Positions 29,590 to 39,641 of a stretch of 64,000 nt of DNA are shown here, piece by piece. A program made the translations under genes and the position numbers. The stretch comes from Algicola sp. (GTDB lineage Bacteria > Bacteroidota > Bacteroidia > Flavobacteriales > Flavobacteriaceae). The notes under the pieces were generated by a model. The model did no database searches, had not been told where the DNA came from, and saw only the letters and a list, made by a program, of their open reading frames with translations. The DNA is taken from positions 1 through 64,000 of the forward strand of contig JAAEZI010000001.1 in the NCBI GenBank assembly GCA_018222915.1, given 5' to 3'. Numbering within the stretch: the first letter of the stretch is position 1; each line of letters begins with the position of its first letter.

Positions 29590-30546
29590 TTGAAAAAAAA
29601 AACAAGTCATATCCTAAGAATAGCATTGCCTTTATTGTTAGGAGTGGCGCTGGTATGGTATTCATTGTCTAAAATTTCTATCAAGGAGCTTTTAGGCTAT
29701 TTTAAAAATGCCAATTATGCCTATATATGTTTAGGACTTTTTTTCGGACTGTTGAGCCATTTATCACGTGCGTATCGCTGGAAATACATGATTGAACCTA
29801 TGGGCTATACCTTGAGATTGGGTAATAGTATCATGGCTGTATTTACAGCTTATTTAGTCAATTATACAATTCCGAGGGCTGGAGAAATATCAAGAGCAAC
29901 GGTTCTAACCAACTACGAAGGTGTTCCTTTCGAAAAAGGGTTTGGAACCATTGTCGCTGAACGCATTGCCGACATGATTGTCATGATGGGCATCATCCTC
30001 ATTACTTTATTTTTGGAATTTGACTATATCTATAATTTCTTCATAGAAAGATTTGATCCTTTCAAAATTGCTATGGGTGTTGTTGGCCTCGTGGTATTAG
30101 GAGGTCTGTTTTTGTGGTTTATAAGACAAAGCCAAAGCACATTTGCTTCTAAATTGCGTTCGTTTGCTACAGGTTTGATTGAGGGTGCCTCCGCCATATT
30201 TAAAATGAAACATAAATGGGCATTTATAGGTCATACTTTGTTTATTTGGAGTATGTATATTCTGATGTTTTATGTCACGACATTCGCTTTAACTGAAACT
30301 TCAAATATTCCATTTGCCGCCATCTTAATTGCTTTTATTTCTGCTAGTTTTAGCATTGCCGCTACAAATGGTGGAATAGGGTCGTTTCCGGAAGCAATTG
30401 TGATCGTATTTGTGACTATTTTTGGTTTGCCTGAGGATCCAAGTAGAGCATTTGGATGGATCATGTGGTCCTCTCAGACTTTTATGATTATTGTTTTGGG
30501 TGGATTATCCTTATTTTACTTGCCGATATATAATAAAATTAAATAA
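29590..30546 (+). CDS. Flippase-like / lysylphosphatidylglycerol-synthase-TM-region family membrane protein (UPF0104), apparently with a TTG start.
   Basis: Eight predicted TM helices; N-terminus MKKKTSHILRIALPLLLGVALVWYS is typical of the family. The codon at 29590 is TTG and the first in-frame ATG is about 66 codons downstream. Confidence 0.65.
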   Translation: MKKKTSHILRIALPLLLGVALVWYSLSKISIKELLGYFKNANYAYICLGLFFGLLSHLSRAYRWKYMIEPMGYTLRLGNSIMAVFTAYLVNYTIPRAGEISRATVLTNYEGVPFEKGFGTIVAERIADMIVMMGIILITLFLEFDYIYNFFIERFDPFKIAMGVVGLVVLGGLFLWFIRQSQSTFASKLRSFATGLIEGASAIFKMKHKWAFIGHTLFIWSMYILMFYVTTFALTETSNIPFAAILIAFISASFSIAATNGGIGSFPEAIVIVFVTIFGLPEDPSRAFGWIMWSSQTFMIIVLGGLSLFYLPIYNKIK

Positions 30547-30580
30547 TTTTTTACCTTGCTCTTATTAAATTCAAGCCATC

Positions 30581-31726
30581 ATGAATAAAAGTATCTGCAT
30601 TTTACTCTTTGGGATTTTTTGTCAAATAGCAACATCTCAGGTTAGTTATGAAACTATTGAATCTTCAAAGTTGGGAACTTCAAGGGATGTTAAGATTCAA
30701 CTTCCTAGAGGTTACGATCCTGAAGGGGATATACTTTATCCTTTGATAATTGTTTTAGATGGTGATTATTTATTTGAGCCTATGATTGGTATTGCTGATT
30801 ACCATTCTTATTGGGGAGATATGCCTCGATCCATCATTGTGGGCGTTAATCAATCAGAGACTAGAAATTCAGATTTGTCCTATAGTGATGAGACAAAATT
30901 CCCATCTGATGAAGGAGGCGCTCAGTTTTTTGAATTCGTGGGTATGGAACTCATTCCTTATATCAATGAACGCTACCTCGCATCAGAATTCAGAATTGTA
31001 GTTGGACATGATTTAAGTGCCAACTTTTTAAACTATTGGTTGTTTAAGGACAAGCCATTGTTTAGAGGTTATGTTGCTTTTAGTCCGGACTTATCACCTG
31101 AAATGGTCGTGAGATTGCAAGAGCGATTATCAACAACCTCAGAAGATACCTTTTATTATTTGGCGACAGCAGATGGCGATGTGAATCGGTTAAGGCAAGA
31201 AACACTCGCTTTTAACACGGCACTGAGCGCCATAGATAATCCTAAAATACACTACAGGTTTGATGATTTTACCGATGCAGATCATTATTCATTAGTCGGA
31301 CTAGGAATTCCTAAAGCAATCAATGAAATTTTTGGTCTTTATAAACCAATTAGTAGAAAAGAGTATCAGGAAAAACTGCTTACCTATGAAGGGAGTCCGT
31401 ATGAGTATCTTATAAAAAAGTATGAAGATATAGAGTTTTTCTACGGTTTTGAAAAGAAGGTAGTTGAAAATGATTTACGAGCCGTTTTGGCAGCAGCTAA
31501 GAAAAAGAATGATATAGAAGCAGCTAAGGATTTATCAAAACTAGCTAGAAAGGAATATTCAGAATCTATGATTAGTGCTTATTATTCTGGTCAATACTAT
31601 GAAATGGAAGGCAATTATAAAAAAGCGCTTCAGCATTACCAATCAGGTTTGCTTTTGGAAGAATCTGAATTTATATCTAAAGATATGCTACTAGATAAAA
31701 TCTACGAAATTCAAGACCAAAAATAA
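30581..31726 (+). CDS. Secreted esterase-like alpha/beta-fold protein with a C-terminal TPR-like tail (paralog 1).
   Basis: Signal peptide; putative-esterase-family layout (IIVLDGDYLFEP ... VGHDLSANF). The canonical GxSxG serine position is D and a Ser lies 2 residues later. Confidence 0.6.
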   Translation: MNKSICILLFGIFCQIATSQVSYETIESSKLGTSRDVKIQLPRGYDPEGDILYPLIIVLDGDYLFEPMIGIADYHSYWGDMPRSIIVGVNQSETRNSDLSYSDETKFPSDEGGAQFFEFVGMELIPYINERYLASEFRIVVGHDLSANFLNYWLFKDKPLFRGYVAFSPDLSPEMVVRLQERLSTTSEDTFYYLATADGDVNRLRQETLAFNTALSAIDNPKIHYRFDDFTDADHYSLVGLGIPKAINEIFGLYKPISRKEYQEKLLTYEGSPYEYLIKKYEDIEFFYGFEKKVVENDLRAVLAAAKKKNDIEAAKDLSKLARKEYSESMISAYYSGQYYEMEGNYKKALQHYQSGLLLEESEFISKDMLLDKIYEIQDQK

Positions 31727-31807
31727 AATTTTGTGCATTTCGTCGAATAAATTGGCGTTTTAACTTATTTTAGGTATATTTACAGTCCCCAATTTAACCT
31801 ACTTAAG

Positions 31808-32986
31808 ATGAAAAACGCCCTACGTTTTGTATGCTTCTTGTGTTTTTGTGCGCAATTATCTGCACAAGTTATTTATGAGAAGTTTGAATCCCGAAAACTT
31901 AATTCCACGAGAGAATTAAAAATTAAACTACCCGAAAATTACGATCCTGATTCAGAATTAAAGCATCCCGTCATTATTGTTTTTGATGGCGAATACCTAT
32001 TCGAACCTGTAAAAGGACTGGTAAATTATCAAACGCATTTTGATGAAATGCCAGAGTCTATAATTGTTGGTATTATTCAAGGTAAAGAACGTTTTTACGA
32101 CAGTTATTTTGATGAGGTCTCTGGACTCCCATTTGAATCGGGTGACCGTTTCTATAAATTTGTTTCTCAAGAATTAATTCCATATTTGGATGCCAATTAT
32201 AATACGAGCAAATTCAAGGTCGCAGTAGGTCATAACTTGATGGGTAACTTTATCAATGCCTTTTTGTTTCACGAAACTCCTTTGTTTCAAGCTTATATCA
32301 ATCTGAGTCCTGATTTTAAAGGGACGATGAGCCAAAATGTAGTAACCAGATTAGAATGGCTCGAAGATGACATCTTCTATTACATGGCTACTTCAGATAA
32401 AGATATCAATGCGATAAATAATACGGTTACAAAAACGAATCAGCAATTGAAAGCTATCAATAATCAGCATTTAACCTATTATTTCGATGAGCTGAAGGGC
32501 GACACACATTACCAATTAGTAACTGGTGCCTTATCTAAAGCTTTGGATCGTATTTTTGAACTTTACAAGCCTCTAGATGAAAAAGAACTCAAGGAAAAGG
32601 TGCTCCCTTATGTTGGCACACTCGATGATTTTATTGTAGATCGCTACAAACGTATCGATGATTTGTTTGGAATTTTTAAGCCCATTTCAGAAGAGGAATT
32701 ACAACAATTAATTGTTGTAGCAGAAGAACGTAAGGATCTGGAGTCGGTTTATAAAATTGGGAAATTAGCCAATAAACTGAATCCTAATTCGTCGTTTGGA
32801 ACCTACTATATGGCTTTACATGCCGAAAAACTGGGTAAGACTAAAAAAGCACTAAAACTTTATGAATCGGCATTGACTTTGGAAGACATGGCGCATATTG
32901 ATAGAGATTTTATCATGTCACATTTAGAAGATTTAAAAGTGGTTGAAGACGATACAGAAATAGATGAAGATGATGAAGAAAACTAA
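31808..32986 (+). CDS. Secreted esterase-like alpha/beta-fold protein with a C-terminal TPR-like and acidic tail (paralog 2).
   Basis: Collinear with paralog 1 (IIVFDGEYLFEP ... VGHNLMGNF). No Ser in the nucleophile elbow. Poly-acidic C-terminus DDTEIDEDDEEN. Confidence 0.6.
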   Translation: MKNALRFVCFLCFCAQLSAQVIYEKFESRKLNSTRELKIKLPENYDPDSELKHPVIIVFDGEYLFEPVKGLVNYQTHFDEMPESIIVGIIQGKERFYDSYFDEVSGLPFESGDRFYKFVSQELIPYLDANYNTSKFKVAVGHNLMGNFINAFLFHETPLFQAYINLSPDFKGTMSQNVVTRLEWLEDDIFYYMATSDKDINAINNTVTKTNQQLKAINNQHLTYYFDELKGDTHYQLVTGALSKALDRIFELYKPLDEKELKEKVLPYVGTLDDFIVDRYKRIDDLFGIFKPISEEELQQLIVVAEERKDLESVYKIGKLANKLNPNSSFGTYYMALHAEKLGKTKKALKLYESALTLEDMAHIDRDFIMSHLEDLKVVEDDTEIDEDDEEN

Positions 32987-33182
32987 ACTCAGTATTTACT
33001 CCACCGATTATTTCTTTGAGTGGTTGTACCTTAAGGTGAAACGCTTTTTGTCTACAAATTCCTCCCGTCTTGTGGTTGTTAAAACCTTGGCAATTCTTGG
33101 TTGGTTTAAAGATATCAATTAAAAAAATCTTAATTTAGCTGAAAATTAAATTCTAGACTTTCCGTTGATTCGGGAATTGAAT

Positions 33183-34541
33183 ATGGCTAAAGTAAAAACA
33201 GCTTTTTTTTGTCAAAATTGTGGAACCCAATATGCCAAGTGGCAAGGGCAATGTACGTCATGTAAAGCATGGAACACCATAACGGAAGAAGTCATTGCAA
33301 CACCCGAAAAGAGTGATTGGAAATCATCTTCAAATACGACCAAGCGTGTTTCAAAACCCTTAAGAATTAATGAGATTGATGCCTCAAAGGAAGCGCGACT
33401 AAATACACTCGACGAAGAATTTAATCGTGTTTTAGGTGGTGGATTAGTCCCTGGTTCCTTAACACTTTTAGGCGGTGAACCTGGTATCGGGAAAAGCACA
33501 TTACTCCTGCAAATATCCTTGCTATTACCTTACAAAACCTTATATGTTTCAGGAGAAGAAAGTCAGAAACAAATAAAGATGCGTGCCGAACGTATCCATC
33601 CTAGTGCCAATAATTGTTATATCTTAACAGAGACAAAGACCCAAAATATTTTTAAGCAAATTAGTGAGCTAGAACCTGATATTGTGGTCATAGATTCCAT
33701 TCAAACACTTCATAGCGATTATATAGAATCTTCCGCTGGAAGTATTTCTCAAATAAAAGAATGTACTACCGAGCTTATTAAGTTTGCTAAAGAGACAGCC
33801 ACACCAGTGATACTTATTGGTCATATTACAAAAGATGGAACGATCGCTGGACCTAAAATTCTAGAGCATATGGTGGATACTGTTTTACAATTCGAAGGCG
33901 ACCGAAATCATGTATTTAGGATTTTACGAGCGAACAAAAATCGCTTTGGCTCTACCAACGAATTAGGTATATATGAAATGCAAGGATCTGGTTTGAGGGA
34001 AGTTTCTAATCCTTCGGAAATTTTGATTTCTCAAAAGGATGAAGAGTTATCTGGTCATGCGGTGGCAGCAACATTGGAAGGGATGCGTCCACTAATGATT
34101 GAAGTACAAGCTTTAGTAAGCACGGCCGTTTATGGAACACCACAGCGCAGTGCTACTGGTTTTAATGCTAAGCGTCTCAATATGATACTTGCCGTTCTTG
34201 AAAAACGCGCTGGATTTCGATTAGGCGCAAAAGATGTGTTTTTAAATATTACCGGAGGTATTACTGTAGATGATCCAGCTATAGATTTAGCAGTGGTAGC
34301 AGCCATACTTTCTTCCAATGAAGATGAAGCCATCCAAAGGGATTTTTGCTTTGCTGCTGAAGTGGGTTTGTCTGGTGAAATTCGACCAGTGCAACGCGTA
34401 GAGCAACGTATTTTAGAAGCTGAGAAATTGGGGTTTTCAACGATTTTTGTTTCGAAATACAATAAGATAAGTTTAAAAAATACCACCATAAAAATTCAAT
34501 TGATCTCGAAGATTGAGGATGTCGTAGCCGCCATTGTATAA
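33183..34541 (+). CDS. radA: DNA repair protein RadA (Sms). Track start 33165 is TTG; the ATG is at 33183.
   Basis: N-terminal C4 zinc finger CQNCGTQYAKWQGQCTSC, Walker A GGEPGIGKST, KNRFG motif, C-terminal Lon-like domain. Confidence 0.9.
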   Translation: MAKVKTAFFCQNCGTQYAKWQGQCTSCKAWNTITEEVIATPEKSDWKSSSNTTKRVSKPLRINEIDASKEARLNTLDEEFNRVLGGGLVPGSLTLLGGEPGIGKSTLLLQISLLLPYKTLYVSGEESQKQIKMRAERIHPSANNCYILTETKTQNIFKQISELEPDIVVIDSIQTLHSDYIESSAGSISQIKECTTELIKFAKETATPVILIGHITKDGTIAGPKILEHMVDTVLQFEGDRNHVFRILRANKNRFGSTNELGIYEMQGSGLREVSNPSEILISQKDEELSGHAVAATLEGMRPLMIEVQALVSTAVYGTPQRSATGFNAKRLNMILAVLEKRAGFRLGAKDVFLNITGGITVDDPAIDLAVVAAILSSNEDEAIQRDFCFAAEVGLSGEIRPVQRVEQRILEAEKLGFSTIFVSKYNKISLKNTTIKIQLISKIEDVVAAIV

Positions 34542-34551
34542 TTAGAAAATT

Positions 34552-35019
34552 ATGAAAAAAAACAGTGTAATAATTATAGGGTTGGTACTTTTATTGCTCT
34601 CCTGTGGGAATAAAGTTGCCTCTGATGCTGATGTCATCAAGACCATCGATTCATACCGATCTAAGGTTGATAATGACCAATCTTTGACCAAGAAAACAAC
34701 TGAAGGAGCACTTACCGATGAAGAAGGATATGAAGATATTGGTCGCTTTGAATATTCAGTATTTTTCAATCAAAATCCAAGAGCACTCTATAAAATTACT
34801 AATAAAGAGATAACAGATCAAACCATAAGTGAGTCCTATTATTTTCAGGACCACAATTTGGTGTTTATTGAGAAGACAAAGTCTGGCAGCACTCCTCAAA
34901 AAATGTATACAAAAGGCGATAAAAACGTGTTGTCATCTTCACAAATAAATGATGATGACATCGAGGTATTACTAAAAAAAGCCCGACGCTTTAAGAATGC
35001 TTTTTACAGAAGTGAATAA
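34552..35019 (+). CDS. Hypothetical lipoprotein.
   Basis: Lipobox LLLLSCG. No recognisable domain. Confidence 0.45.
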   Translation: MKKNSVIIIGLVLLLLSCGNKVASDADVIKTIDSYRSKVDNDQSLTKKTTEGALTDEEGYEDIGRFEYSVFFNQNPRALYKITNKEITDQTISESYYFQDHNLVFIEKTKSGSTPQKMYTKGDKNVLSSSQINDDDIEVLLKKARRFKNAFYRSE

Positions 35020-35028
35020 AAATAACTT

Positions 35029-35663
35029 ATGAGAAAACAGCTTCTAAGCCTATTATTCCTATTCCATGCGTTAACTTATGGGCTTTTTCAAGAAGTTACC
35101 ATTCACTTACTTATGCGCAAATTCAAGAAGCTACCATTCATTTTAATGACGGGACTTCTGTATTTGGTTATGGCGCGATAAAAGATGACTGGAAAATTAA
35201 GTTTCGAGTATCTAAAGATGAAGAACCAGATATTTGGACGGACACGATGGTTTCAGGGATTACATTTCACGGATTTGAAATGGATGTGGAATATCGGTAT
35301 ATGTACAAAAAGGAGGATCAGAGATATCCTTTACTTTTAGAAGTATTGACGGAAGGCGAAGTCACCCTTTATGCCGATGTCAACAGTTCAAGCATGATAT
35401 TAGTGCCTGGATTCGCAAGTAATTCATTTTCTTTAACGAGTTATCAACTTCCTGAGACTACTAAATTGTATGTCAACAGACGATCAGAGTTTGTAATCTA
35501 TAGTTTGCAAGGTGGATTCAAAAGAAAAGTGAGAACCTATTTTACCGATTGCCCTCAGTTATTAGAAAAAGTGAATAATAACGAATTTGGGCGACCTCAA
35601 ATTATTGAACTCGTCAATTACTACAATGATTATTGTACAGACTGGCAAGAATCTAAAAACTAG
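35029..35663 (+). pseudogene. Small secreted hypothetical protein apparently disrupted by a 35-bp imperfect tandem duplication at the signal-peptide/mature junction. The track shows only the 3' piece, 35247..35663.
   Basis: ATG 35029 opens frame 1 (MRKQLLSLLFLFHALTYG...) which stops at 35179. Frame 0 is open from 35016 to 35663 with its first ATG only at 35247. Removing one repeat unit fuses them as MRKQLLSLLFLFHALTYAQIQEATIHFNDG..., a clean signal peptide with a TYA-Q cleavage site. Confidence 0.45.
35074..35139. repeat. Imperfect tandem duplication: unit 1 acttatgggctttttcaagaagttaccattc (35074-35104), then actt, then unit 2 acttatgcgcaaattcaagaagctaccattc (35109-35139).
   Basis: Read directly; about 80% identity between the 31-nt units; 35 bp of net insertion (a +2 frame shift). 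Confidence 0.75.
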
Positions 35664-35728
35664 CCAATCTACTACCACATTTTTATCAAAATTCCTTAAT
35701 TTCGCGACTCGAAATGAAATAGGATACC

Positions 35729-38700
35729 ATGAGTACTAAATTTCCTGAATATAAAGGACTTGACTTACCAAATGTTGCAGAAGACATTCTGAACTATTGG
35801 GAAGCGAATAATATCTTTGAAAAAAGTATTTCCACGAGAGAAGGCAATGCACCTTATGTGTTTTTTGAAGGACCGCCTTCGGCCAACGGTTTGCCTGGAG
35901 TACACCATGTTTTAGCACGAGCAATTAAAGATATTTTCCCACGCTATAAGACGATGAAAGGGTTTCAAGTGAAACGAAAAGCGGGTTGGGATACTCACGG
36001 ATTGCCTATCGAACTCGGTGTTGAAAAGGAACTAGGCATCACCAAAGAGGATATCGGGAAAACGATTTCTGTTGAAGACTACAATGCAGCATGCCGAAAA
36101 GCTGTTATGCGCTACACGGATGTCTGGAATGACCTTACGCAAAAAATGGGGTATTGGGTGAATATGGACAACCCTTACATTACCTACGATCCAAAGTATA
36201 TGGAAAGCGTGTGGTGGCTACTCAAACAAATTTACAATAAGAATTTACTCTATAAAGGTTATACAATCCAACCTTATTCACCCAAAGCTGGAACTGGATT
36301 GAGTTCACATGAATTGAATCAACCTGGAACTTATCAAGATGTAACAGATACAACAGTCGTTGCTCAGTTTAAAGCCAAAGCTGAAACACTACCTCCATTC
36401 TTACAAGATGAAGGTGATGTGTATTTCTTGGCTTGGACTACGACACCTTGGACGCTTCCTAGTAACACAGCCCTAACAGTTGGACCAAAGATTGATTATG
36501 TGTTGGTAGAGACTTACAATCAATATACCTTTCAACCTATGAATGTAGTGCTCGCTAAAAAATTGGTCAATTACCAATTTTCAGGTAAATATCATTTGGT
36601 TGAGGAGAAGTCGGCGTTATTAGACTATAAGTCAGGAGACAAAAAAATACCATATTATGTCGTTAAGGAATTTAAAGGAGCGGATTTAGTCGGTATTTCT
36701 TATGAACAATTATTACCTTATGTCTTGCCTCATGATAATCCAGAAAACGCTTTCAGAATTATTTCAGGTGATTTTGTAACCACGGAAGACGGTACAGGAA
36801 TTGTCCATACAGCTCCAACATTTGGAGCCGATGATGCCTTAGTAGCAAAACAAGCGACGCCTGAGATTCCTCCGATGTTAGTTAAAGACGATCATGACAA
36901 TTTAGTGCCATTAGTGGATCTGCAAGGACGATTCAGACCTGAAGTCGAAGAGTTTGCCGGAAAGTATGTGAAGAATGAATATTATGCCGAAGGTGAAGCG
37001 CCAGAGCGATCGGTAGATGTAGAAATTGCCATTAAATTAAAAGAAGAAAACAAAGCCTTCAAGGTTGAAAAATACAAGCACAGTTATCCTAATTGTTGGA
37101 GAACCGATAAACCGATTCTTTATTATCCTTTAGATTCTTGGTTCATCAAAGTGACCGATGTGAAAGAACGTATGGTGGCCTTAAATAATACCATCAATTG
37201 GAAACCTGAATCCACTGGTACTGGTCGTTTTGGAAATTGGTTGGCCAATGCCAATGATTGGAACTTATCACGCTCGCGCTATTGGGGAATTCCATTACCT
37301 ATTTGGAGAACTGAAGATGGTAAAGAAGCGATCTGTATTGGCTCTGTGGAAGAATTAAAATCTGAAATGTCTAAGGCCGTTAAAGCAGGCGTCTTACAAA
37401 AAGACATCTTTGAGGACTTTGAAGTTGGTAATTATTCGGATGATAATTATGCGACCATCGATTTACATAAAAATATTGTGGATGAGATCATTCTTGTTTC
37501 TGAAAGTGGACAACCTATGAAACGTGAAAGTGATTTGATAGATGTTTGGTTTGACTCTGGTTCGATGCCATATGCACAATGGCATTATCCATTTGAAAAT
37601 AAAGAACTCATCGATGATGGTTTGTCTTATCCAGCCGATTTTATTGCTGAAGGTGTCGATCAAACGAGAGGTTGGTTCTATACCTTACATGCTATTGGAA
37701 CCATGGTATTTGATTCAGTAGCTTATAAAAATGTGGTGTCTAATGGACTCGTATTGGATAAGAATGGCCAAAAGATGTCTAAGCGTTTAGGGAATGCGGT
37801 TGATCCTTTTGAAACCTTGAGTACTTATGGTGCTGATGCCACGAGATGGTATATGATCATGAATGCGAATCCTTGGGACAATTTAAAGTTTGATTCTGAA
37901 GGTATTGAAGAGGTGAAAAGAAAGTTTTTCGGAACACTTTATAACACGTATTCATTCTTTACACTTTATACAAATTTAGACCAATTTACCTACAAAGAAT
38001 CAGATATACCGTTAGCAGACCGACCAGAAATTGATCGCTGGATTTTATCTGAGTTACATACCTTGATACAAAAGGTGGATGATTTTTATGCCGAGTACGA
38101 ACCTACCAAAGCAGCGAGAGCCATCTCTGATTTTACTCAAGATTATTTGAGTAACTGGTATGTGCGTTTAAGTAGAAGACGTTTTTGGAAAGGCGATTAT
38201 CAAAGTGATAAAATTTCGGCTTATCAAACGTTGTATACATGTATGGCGACCATTGCCAAATTAGGAGCTCCAATTGCACCATTTTTTATGGATCGATTGT
38301 ATATGGATTTGAACAATGTGACCAAAAAAGAAGTATTCGAAAGTGTTCATTTGGCAGAATTTCCAAAATTTGATGAAGCATTCATCGATAAAACTTTGGA
38401 ACGCAAAATGGAAAGTGCACAGACAATTTCTTCATTAGTTTTGTCGTTAAGGGCTAAAGAAAAGATTAAAGTACGCCAACCCTTGCAAAAAATAATGATT
38501 CCAATAGATTCACAAAAGCAACGGGAGGAAATTTTAGCAGTTTCAGAATTAATTAAATCGGAAGTTAATGTCAAGGATGTTGAGGTGATGGATGATGCTT
38601 CAGACATCTTAGTGAAACAAATCAAACCTAATTTTAAAGTGTTGGGACCACGATTTGGACAAGATATGAAAGCTGTCGCTCAAGCCATTAATACTTTTAC

Positions 38701-39133
38701 GGCTCAAGACATTAAAAAAATTGAACAAAATGGTAGTTTAGAGGTTGAAATTAATGGAAAAAGCATTACTTTAGAACAATCGGATGTTGAGATTACCTCT
38801 AAAGATATTGAAGGTTGGCTCGTCGCTAGTTCTGGAGCCTTAACGGTCGCTTTGGATGTGACTTTAACAGACGATTTGAAGAGAGAAGGTATTGCGAGGG
38901 AGCTTGTGAACAGGATACAAAATTTACGAAAGGATTCTGGTTTTGAGCTTACCGATAGGATTGCAGTACAATTTAGAACAGATAAACAAATTATTAACGC
39001 GATAAACACAAATTTGGAGTACATAAAAACGGAAACTCTAACCGATGAGTTGGAGATTTTGGATGACTTAAATAATGGTATAGAAATTGCTTTTGATGAT
39101 GTAAATACCAAATTGTTTATTAAAAAATTATAG
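35729..39133 (+). CDS. ileS: Isoleucyl-tRNA synthetase (type 1, with a C-terminal zinc-less extension).
   Basis: HIGH motif (PSANGLPGVHH), KMSKS (KMSKRLGN), 1134 aa class-I synthetase with editing domain. Confidence 0.95.
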   Translation: MSTKFPEYKGLDLPNVAEDILNYWEANNIFEKSISTREGNAPYVFFEGPPSANGLPGVHHVLARAIKDIFPRYKTMKGFQVKRKAGWDTHGLPIELGVEKELGITKEDIGKTISVEDYNAACRKAVMRYTDVWNDLTQKMGYWVNMDNPYITYDPKYMESVWWLLKQIYNKNLLYKGYTIQPYSPKAGTGLSSHELNQPGTYQDVTDTTVVAQFKAKAETLPPFLQDEGDVYFLAWTTTPWTLPSNTALTVGPKIDYVLVETYNQYTFQPMNVVLAKKLVNYQFSGKYHLVEEKSALLDYKSGDKKIPYYVVKEFKGADLVGISYEQLLPYVLPHDNPENAFRIISGDFVTTEDGTGIVHTAPTFGADDALVAKQATPEIPPMLVKDDHDNLVPLVDLQGRFRPEVEEFAGKYVKNEYYAEGEAPERSVDVEIAIKLKEENKAFKVEKYKHSYPNCWRTDKPILYYPLDSWFIKVTDVKERMVALNNTINWKPESTGTGRFGNWLANANDWNLSRSRYWGIPLPIWRTEDGKEAICIGSVEELKSEMSKAVKAGVLQKDIFEDFEVGNYSDDNYATIDLHKNIVDEIILVSESGQPMKRESDLIDVWFDSGSMPYAQWHYPFENKELIDDGLSYPADFIAEGVDQTRGWFYTLHAIGTMVFDSVAYKNVVSNGLVLDKNGQKMSKRLGNAVDPFETLSTYGADATRWYMIMNANPWDNLKFDSEGIEEVKRKFFGTLYNTYSFFTLYTNLDQFTYKESDIPLADRPEIDRWILSELHTLIQKVDDFYAEYEPTKAARAISDFTQDYLSNWYVRLSRRRFWKGDYQSDKISAYQTLYTCMATIAKLGAPIAPFFMDRLYMDLNNVTKKEVFESVHLAEFPKFDEAFIDKTLERKMESAQTISSLVLSLRAKEKIKVRQPLQKIMIPIDSQKQREEILAVSELIKSEVNVKDVEVMDDASDILVKQIKPNFKVLGPRFGQDMKAVAQAINTFTAQDIKKIEQNGSLEVEINGKSITLEQSDVEITSKDIEGWLVASSGALTVALDVTLTDDLKREGIARELVNRIQNLRKDSGFELTDRIAVQFRTDKQIINAINTNLEYIKTETLTDELEILDDLNNGIEIAFDDVNTKLFIKKL

Positions 39134-39138
39134 AAATT

Positions 39139-39522
39139 ATGGCAGGAGATAGCACCGTGAGATATTCAGATAAGGACCTCAATGAATTTAGAGTACTTAT
39201 TCAAGAAAAGATTGATAAAGCACAGCACGATTTAGAACTCATTAAAAGTGCCTACATGAACGATCATAATAATGGTACAGATGATACATCACCTACATTC
39301 AAGGCTTTTGATGAAGGCAGTGCCGTTATGAGTAAGGAGTCCAATTCACAATTGGCTATTCGTCAAGAAAAATTTATTCGAGATCTCAAGAATGCCTTAA
39401 TAAGAATTGAAAACAAGACGTATGGTATTTGCCGTGTCACTGGAAAGCTAATCAATAAAAAACGTTTGGAGTTAGTGCCACATGCTACGTTGAGTATTGA
39501 AGCCAAAAACATGCAAAAATAA
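39139..39522 (+). CDS. DksA/TraR-family C4 zinc-finger protein (the conserved ileS-lspA companion).
   Basis: C-terminal CRVTGKLINKKRLELVPHATLSIEAK resembles the TraR/DksA zinc-finger region; coiled-coil N-terminus. Confidence 0.65.
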   Translation: MAGDSTVRYSDKDLNEFRVLIQEKIDKAQHDLELIKSAYMNDHNNGTDDTSPTFKAFDEGSAVMSKESNSQLAIRQEKFIRDLKNALIRIENKTYGICRVTGKLINKKRLELVPHATLSIEAKNMQK

Positions 39523-39540
39523 CAAGGTTTAGCCTTGAAG

Positions 39541-39567
39541 AAACGTCTCATAAGAGGCGTTTTTTTA
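39541..39567 (+). terminator. Rho-independent terminator after the dksA-like gene.
   Basis: aaacgtctc / gaggcgttt stem (one G-U pair) with loop ataa, followed by ttttttt. Confidence 0.55.
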
Positions 39568-39641
39568 TGACTATCATTTTGAATTCTTTAAATTCCATTT
39601 GGAATAATTATACGTATTTTTGCCTTAACTAATGACTAAGA

